A DNA stretch of 64,000 nucleotides from Gemmatimonadota bacterium. Its GTDB lineage: Bacteria > Gemmatimonadota > Gemmatimonadetes > Longimicrobiales > Gaopeijiaceae. The notes under the pieces are model-generated. The model did no database searches. It saw only the letters and a list, made by a program, of their open reading frames with translations, and was not told where the DNA came from. Of this stretch, positions 58,821 through 64,000 are shown piece after piece. The stretch's first letter is position 1. The number at the start of each line of letters is the position of its first letter. The stretch is from contig JACQVF010000115.1 in assembly GCA_016209885.1 (NCBI GenBank), positions 31,472 through 95,471 on the forward strand, in the 5' to 3' direction. The translations under genes were made by a program, and so were the position numbers.

Positions 58821-61567
58821 GTGAGCAGCTGACTGAGCGGCCCAGGGGCGGGGGCGCCCCGCACTCCGAGCGCGACCTCGAGATCTTGCGCGGGCTCGCG
58901 CGGCGCATCGATCCGGGCGATTCCGGCGCCCACAACAACCTCGGGGTCCTCTACTTCAACAAGAGCCTCTACGCCGAGGCGATTGCCGAGTTCGAGAGCG
59001 CTCTCGAGATCGACCCGCGCATGCAGGTGGCGCGCAGGAACCTCGAGATCGCCTACTTCCACACGGGCTACTACCGGCAGATCATCGCGCGGCTGGAGGC
59101 ACGGCTCGCCCAGGACCCCGACGACGTCCAGGCCCGCCGCCGCCTCGCCCAGGTCCACCTGCGCACAGGAGACGCGAACCGTGCCGCTACGGAGTTCGCT
59201 CGTATCCTCGAGCGGAAGCCGGACGACCTCGAGACGCTGCTCCTTCTGGGAGAGGCGGAGCGCGAGCGCGGGGACTTGGACGCGGCGCTACGCTGCTTCG
59301 AGCGCGCACGCGAGTTCGATCGCGACAGTGCGGTCATCCACTTCTACATCGGCGAGCTGCTCTACAACCGCGGGCTCAGCCGCGATGCCCTTGCCGCGCT
59401 CGAGCGCGCGCTCGAGCTGAATCCCGAGCTCGCGGACGCCCACTACCTCATCGGCTTCGTCCACGGCGACCTCGGCGAGCACGAGAAGGGCATGGAGGCG
59501 ACTCGCCGGGCCGCTGAGCTGAACCCGAACCTGGCTCGCGCCGAGGCGGCCCTTTCGCTGGACCGCTACAGTGCGGCCCGTTACCGCGAGCTCGTGGGCG
59601 AGCAGAAGAAGGCACCGGAGGTCGACCGTTCGCGGCCGTTCGCCCACTACAACCTGGGGCTCGCCTTCCGCCAGCGCGGCCTCTACGACGAGGCCCTACG
59701 CGAGTTCGAGTTCGCGGCTGGGCACGGCGAGGACCCGGAGCTCGTACGGCAGGCGGTGGCAGAGACGTACCTGTTGCAAGGGAAGAGCCGCGAGGCGAGC
59801 GAGCTGTACCGCGGCCTCGTGGCGGAGCTAGGCGACAGCCCGAAGCTGTGGAACGAGTTGGGGATCGCCCTGCAACAGCTTGGCCAGACGGGCGAGGCGG
59901 AGCGGTGCTATCAGCAGGCGCTGAACCTCGATTCTGGTTACGCGCTGGCGCTCAACAATCTGGGCGTTGCCCGGGTCCACGCCGGCGATCTGGCGGGCGC
60001 GCAACAGGCCTTCCGGCGGTCCGTCGAGCAGAGCCCAGGGGTCCCCGAGCCGCACCTCAACCTGGCGCTGCTCCACCTGCGGGCGCGTCGCTACATCGAG
60101 GCGCTGGAGAGCTACCGCCACGCGCTGGACGCCGCACGCGCTGCGGACGCCGCGTGGAACGGGGTGGGCATGGTGCTCATGGACTTGGGGCGGTTCGAGG
60201 AGGCGAGGAACGCGTTCGCGCGCGCCGTCGAGGCGAACCCGGAGCTCGCCGCCGCGCGGTACAATCTGTCGTTCGCGCTCTCCCATCTGGGCGATCACGA
60301 GGGGGCGCTGCGGGAGACGAAGACCGCCCTGGGGCTTTCCCCGCGCTACGAGACGCCTCGTTTCCGGCTCACTATCGATGTGCAGTTCGAGCACGGCGAT
60401 GTCCTGGCGCCGGAGCTCGACCGCGGGGTCGACGTGCACGAGGAGGGCGTGGACGCCTTCGACTTCGACAGTACGCAACTCGATTCCGTGTTCGCGCAGT
60501 TCCGCACGGTCGAGCAAGTGCGGCGCGCGAAGCCGGTGGGCGAGCGCGGCGATCCCCTGGCCCTCGCGCGCGACTACTTCACGAAGGGCCTCCTGGAGCG
60601 CGCGACCGCCGAGGTGCGTCGGGTCGTCGCGGCGGGCGCGGACCCCGTGGAATCCGCGCTCCTCTTGGGCGAGATCTTTCTGGCCCAGGGGCTCGCGGGC
60701 GAGGCGCTCGAGCGGTTCGAGGCGGCGCTCGCGCGTCTGGACGGGAGAGACGACGATACGCGGGCGCGCGGGGCGTACCACGGCCGGGCGCGGGCGCTCC
60801 TGGCCCTCGGCCGCCTGGGGGAGGCGCACGCCGCCGTCCACGACATCCTCCGGGGGGAGCCTCGCACCGAGGAGCTCATGACGGCGAGCGAGATTCTGTC
60901 TCGTGCCGGAGCGGTGGCCGAGGCACTGGCGGCGCTGGCTCGCGCCCAGCGGTTGGAGCCGAAGAACCCCGCGGTGCTGCGGCAGCTTGGCCGCGTGGCC
61001 AACGGTGCGGGCGAGTTTCAGGCGGCCGAACGCGCGTTGCGCAAGGCGCTCGCGGAGGATCCCGGACACCCGGGGGCGCACCTGGACCTGGGCCGCGCGC
61101 TGGGTGGGCTGGGTCGGTTCGAGGAAGCCGTGCGCGAGTGTACCGCCGCTGTGGAGCTGCTTCCCACGTTCTCGGAGGCGGTGCTCGAGCTGGCGGATCT
61201 ACACCTTCGTTGCGCACGGCCGATCCAGGCTATTGGCGTGCTGGCGGACCTCCTGGAGTTGGATCCCTACGATCTGCCTGCGCTTGTGCGGCTCGGCGAG
61301 ATCCTGCTGGACGCCGGTCGCGCAGCGGACGGGGAGCGGGCGTTCCGCCGGGTCCTGCGCTTCGACGCCCGGCGGGTCACCGCGCTCTTCGGGCTCGGCA
61401 ACACCCTTGCCGCCCAGAAGCGGTTTCGCGAGGGACTGGATCTGTGGAAGTCGGTGGTGGAGCTGGAGCCGGACGGCGAGCTCGCGCTCCACGCCCGCGA
61501 GCGCATGGAGGCCGCGCTCGAGCTGAGCCGCGTCTTCGGGTTGGGTGGCGTCGCGGGGGCGACCTAG
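58817..61567 (+). CDS. Large tetratricopeptide-repeat (TPR) protein
   Basis: GTG start overlapping the cheC stop. More than 15 TPR units (AHNNLGVLYF, AEAIAEFESALEIDP ...); 916 aa. Confidence 0.7.
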   Translation: MSEQLTERPRGGGAPHSERDLEILRGLARRIDPGDSGAHNNLGVLYFNKSLYAEAIAEFESALEIDPRMQVARRNLEIAYFHTGYYRQIIARLEARLAQDPDDVQARRRLAQVHLRTGDANRAATEFARILERKPDDLETLLLLGEAERERGDLDAALRCFERAREFDRDSAVIHFYIGELLYNRGLSRDALAALERALELNPELADAHYLIGFVHGDLGEHEKGMEATRRAAELNPNLARAEAALSLDRYSAARYRELVGEQKKAPEVDRSRPFAHYNLGLAFRQRGLYDEALREFEFAAGHGEDPELVRQAVAETYLLQGKSREASELYRGLVAELGDSPKLWNELGIALQQLGQTGEAERCYQQALNLDSGYALALNNLGVARVHAGDLAGAQQAFRRSVEQSPGVPEPHLNLALLHLRARRYIEALESYRHALDAARAADAAWNGVGMVLMDLGRFEEARNAFARAVEANPELAAARYNLSFALSHLGDHEGALRETKTALGLSPRYETPRFRLTIDVQFEHGDVLAPELDRGVDVHEEGVDAFDFDSTQLDSVFAQFRTVEQVRRAKPVGERGDPLALARDYFTKGLLERATAEVRRVVAAGADPVESALLLGEIFLAQGLAGEALERFEAALARLDGRDDDTRARGAYHGRARALLALGRLGEAHAAVHDILRGEPRTEELMTASEILSRAGAVAEALAALARAQRLEPKNPAVLRQLGRVANGAGEFQAAERALRKALAEDPGHPGAHLDLGRALGGLGRFEEAVRECTAAVELLPTFSEAVLELADLHLRCARPIQAIGVLADLLELDPYDLPALVRLGEILLDAGRAADGERAFRRVLRFDARRVTALFGLGNTLAAQKRFREGLDLWKSVVELEPDGELALHARERMEAALELSRVFGLGGVAGAT

Positions 61568-61589
61568 GAGTCGTAGGGGATGAGCGGAT

Positions 61590-62765
61590 GTGCGCGCCTC
61601 GGGAGACAAGACGGTGGCGATCGAAGGGCCGCTCTCAGAGCTGAGCGTCCACGACGTCTTCCAGCTCCTTGACCTGTCCCGCAAGACCGGGATCTTGACG
61701 CTCACCTCGAACCGGGCGGGCGAGTCGGGGGTCGTCCACTTCGATCGCGGGCAGGTCATCGGCGCATCGAAGAAGGGCGAGGATGCCACCCCGCGCGTCG
61801 GCAATATCCTGCTGAGGGCGGGGAAAGTCACGGAAGGCGAGCTCCGGCGCGCCCGGGAAATCCAGCTCGAGCAGCCGGACCGTAGGTTCGGCGAGATCCT
61901 TGTCGAGATGGGAAGCATTCGGCCGGAGGACCTCAGGGAGGCCCTGCGCTTCCAGATCGAGGAGACCGTGCACGCCCTCCTCAAGTGGGAGGAAGGCTAC
62001 TTCTCCTTCGTCGAGCTGGAGGACAGCCCGGACCCGGGCCGTCTCGTCCGCATCCGCGCCGAGTCGCTCCTCATGGAGTCGGCGCGCCGGGTCGACGAGT
62101 GGACGACGATCGCCCAGAAGGTGCCCGACGCCCGGGTGATCCCGGCGCTGGCGCCGCTGGATGAGAGTCGTGGTGCACCGGTCGTCGATTTGCGGCCCGA
62201 GGAATGGGAGGTGCTGGCCGAGATCGACGGCCGGCGCAACCTGACGGAGATCGCTACGACCCTGGGCGTCAGCGAGTTCGACGTAGCGAAAACGGTGTTC
62301 GGGCTGGTGACCACCGGCATCGTCGAGGTCGTGGACGCACCCAGCCGGGGGGAGGTCTCTCGGGCCGGGCACGAGCTCACGCTGACGGAGGCGCATCGCC
62401 TGCTGGAAGATGGACAAGCGGCGCGCGCTCGGGTCCTCTTGGACGAGCTCGAGCGCGACGCCCCCCAGGTGCCGCAGGTCTTCCTTCTTTCCGGGCGCGT
62501 CTACATGGCGCAGCGTCGCTATCGTGCGGCCCTGGAGGCGTTCAGCCGTGCCGTGGAGCTCGACCCGCTCTCGGCCCAGGCGCAGCGTTGCCTCGGCTTC
62601 GCGGCAGTTCACGCGGGGGACCTCGATCGCGCTATCGAGGCGTGGATGAACTGCCTGCGTCTATCGGGCAGTGCGGCCACGGCGGATGCGCGAGTCGCGC
62701 GCGTGTTGGCGGCCGCCCGCGTCCTTCAGGTGGAGCTGGCACGGGAGGAGCAGGTCCTCACATGA
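61590..62765 (+). CDS. DUF4388 (PATAN-like) domain protein with C-terminal TPRs
   Basis: N-terminal LSELSVHDVFQLLDLSRKTGILTL block typical of DUF4388/PATAN, central GEILVEMG-type region, C-terminal TPR-like helices. Confidence 0.55.
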   Translation: MRASGDKTVAIEGPLSELSVHDVFQLLDLSRKTGILTLTSNRAGESGVVHFDRGQVIGASKKGEDATPRVGNILLRAGKVTEGELRRAREIQLEQPDRRFGEILVEMGSIRPEDLREALRFQIEETVHALLKWEEGYFSFVELEDSPDPGRLVRIRAESLLMESARRVDEWTTIAQKVPDARVIPALAPLDESRGAPVVDLRPEEWEVLAEIDGRRNLTEIATTLGVSEFDVAKTVFGLVTTGIVEVVDAPSRGEVSRAGHELTLTEAHRLLEDGQAARARVLLDELERDAPQVPQVFLLSGRVYMAQRRYRAALEAFSRAVELDPLSAQAQRCLGFAAVHAGDLDRAIEAWMNCLRLSGSAATADARVARVLAAARVLQVELAREEQVLT

Positions 62766-63724
62766 AGCAGCCATCGGCCGACGATCTTCGGCGCTGGAGC
62801 GAGGAGTTCGCGCGCAACCCCGATACCCTCGCCTTCATTCCGCTCGCCGAGGCGTATCGGCGCCAGGGGCGGCAGGATGATGCGCTGCGGATCTGCCTCC
62901 GCGGCCTGGAGCGCCACCCTTCGAATGTCGAGGCGCACGCGGTGCTCGCGCGCATCTATCTGGCGCGGAGCGACAAGGACAAGGCGTTCGACGAGTGGCT
63001 GCTCATCAGCAAGCTCGATCCCGAGCATTTCGAGACGCGGCGCGGACTGGGGTTCGGCTACCTGGAGCGCGGGAACATGGAGCAGGCGGTGTGGCACCTG
63101 ACGAAGGCCGCCGAGCTCCGCCCCGACGATGAGACGGTGCGGGAAGCGCTTGCCTTCGCCCGACAGCAGCTCGAGTCCGCAGGGGCCTCTGAGGCCCAGG
63201 CCACCGAAGCAGCGGCCCACCGCGCTGCAGGTGCGGCGGGGACGCGCACCGAGGCCGAGCGGACGCCGGTCGGGGGGGCGCGGCCCGCGACGTCGAGCGG
63301 GCCGGCCGGCGGGAGCGCCGAACCCATCGCCCCTACGGGCTCCAGCGCGGCGGCGCTGTCACCCGACCGGCTGTTCGCCGGACTCCTGGCATCGCCGGTC
63401 CTCCTGGGGATCGTGCTCCTGGACGCAGACGGACTTCTCCTGGCCGGCGGCATGCGGGACGTGGGTCCGGATGGCGCAGAAGCGGTGGCATCCGTTCTGA
63501 GCGGCACCATCGACGAGGCCACGCGCACGGTCGAGCACTTGGGCCTCGGCGCGTGGGAGGGGATCCTCCTGGAGACCGAGGAAGCGAAGGCGTATCTCCA
63601 ACCGGTGGGCGACGCGCTGCTCCTGGTGGCTGGCCAGGCGCGGGCACCCGCCGGCTGGCTCAAGCGCGTGGCCGGCGAGGCGCGGGAGGTGGCTGCAGCG
63701 TTTCTCGGAGGAGGGAACGGCTGA
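62762..63724 (+). CDS. TPR plus Roadblock/LC7 (MglB-like) domain protein
   Basis: ATG overlaps the upstream stop. N-terminal TPRs, low-complexity linker, C-terminal Roadblock pattern (GIVLLDADGLLLAGG ... GILLETEEAKAYLQPVGDALLLV). Confidence 0.6.
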   Translation: MKQPSADDLRRWSEEFARNPDTLAFIPLAEAYRRQGRQDDALRICLRGLERHPSNVEAHAVLARIYLARSDKDKAFDEWLLISKLDPEHFETRRGLGFGYLERGNMEQAVWHLTKAAELRPDDETVREALAFARQQLESAGASEAQATEAAAHRAAGAAGTRTEAERTPVGGARPATSSGPAGGSAEPIAPTGSSAAALSPDRLFAGLLASPVLLGIVLLDADGLLLAGGMRDVGPDGAEAVASVLSGTIDEATRTVEHLGLGAWEGILLETEEAKAYLQPVGDALLLVAGQARAPAGWLKRVAGEAREVAAAFLGGGNG

Positions 63725-63726
63725 AC

Positions 63727-64000
63727 GTGGATCTCCGGGAAGCGATGGGCCGCTTGAATGGCATTCCGGGGGTGCAGGGTGCCATCATTGTGGACGGGGA
63801 GGACGGGATCCCCGTGGAAGCGGACGTCATGGAGCACATCCGGGCGCCCGTGGTGGCGGCCCTCGCGGCCCAGCTCTTCCGGCGCGCCGCGCGCTCGGCC
63901 CAGGCCGCACAGTTCCACGAGCTGCGGTCGCTCCAGCTCGAGGCCGAGCTCGGAAACGTGTTCGTCGCAGCCGCGGGCCCGCTGCTGGTGGTTGTGGTCT
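63727..64000 (+). CDS. Roadblock/LC7 (MglB-like) domain protein, 3' end cut by window edge
   Basis: GTG start. LNGIPGVQGAIIVDGEDGIPV ... Roadblock signature; frame open to the end of the window. Confidence 0.5.
   Translation, partial: MDLREAMGRLNGIPGVQGAIIVDGEDGIPVEADVMEHIRAPVVAALAAQLFRRAARSAQAAQFHELRSLQLEAELGNVFVAAAGPLLVVVV

Overview
The window is a GC-rich bacterial chromosomal segment with strong third-codon-position G/C bias. Gene content (a DUF5916 barrel, Reg_prop-like propeller, ExbBD-TonB, Rex, Che cluster) loosely suggests a Gemmatimonadota-like or similar high-GC Gram-negative organism, but the taxon is not established. About 60 genes are densely packed, mostly on the + strand. Many show 1-4 bp start/stop overlaps (ATGA/GTGA), indicating long translationally coupled operons. 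Most of the content is housekeeping. The 5' part holds the dnaG 3' end, recJ, rsmD-coaD-pta, a three-gene partner-switching module (STAS antagonist / anti-sigma kinase / GAF-PP2C phosphatase), ksgA, an MFS transporter, rex with its own operator, and a thiolase-bioY-hbd-acd-ldh catabolic cluster. The middle holds a large DUF5916 outer-membrane protein, glyA, nnr, thiL-plsC, eno and an ftsB-like gene. Further 3' are argJ, tilS-hpt-ftsH-folP-cdaA, an exbB-exbD-exbD-tonB operon with a clean terminator, yggS-divIVA-punA and ileS-lspA-rluD. The 3' end is a cheW-cheY-cheA-cheC cluster fused to TPR, PATAN-like (DUF4388) and Roadblock/MglB-like genes. The most unusual region is a roughly 4.6 kb islet immediately 3' of a tRNA(CAT) gene (32.8-37.4 kb). 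It encodes a MerR-family regulator, a MerT-like transporter interrupted by an in-frame TAG, a beta-barrel outer-membrane protein, a periplasmic heavy-metal-associated (MerP-like) protein, an amidohydrolase and an OsmC/Ohr-family protein. Both the MerP-like and OsmC-like ORFs carry an in-frame TGA exactly at the position of the conserved catalytic or metal-binding cysteine, and each TGA is followed by a small GC hairpin. This is the signature of selenocysteine recoding. The locus is therefore proposed as a candidate selenium-dependent metal/oxidant detoxification module. Other observations worth follow-up are a repeated post-stop hairpin motif, a ~200 bp nested-palindrome intergenic element, two short tandem-repeat tracts (one overlapping the pta stop codon), and AT-rich palindromes upstream of the che cluster. 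The long alternative-frame ORFs in the supplied ORF track, such as the 711, 733 and 768 aa minus-strand ORFs, are GC artefacts antisense to well-supported genes and are not called.
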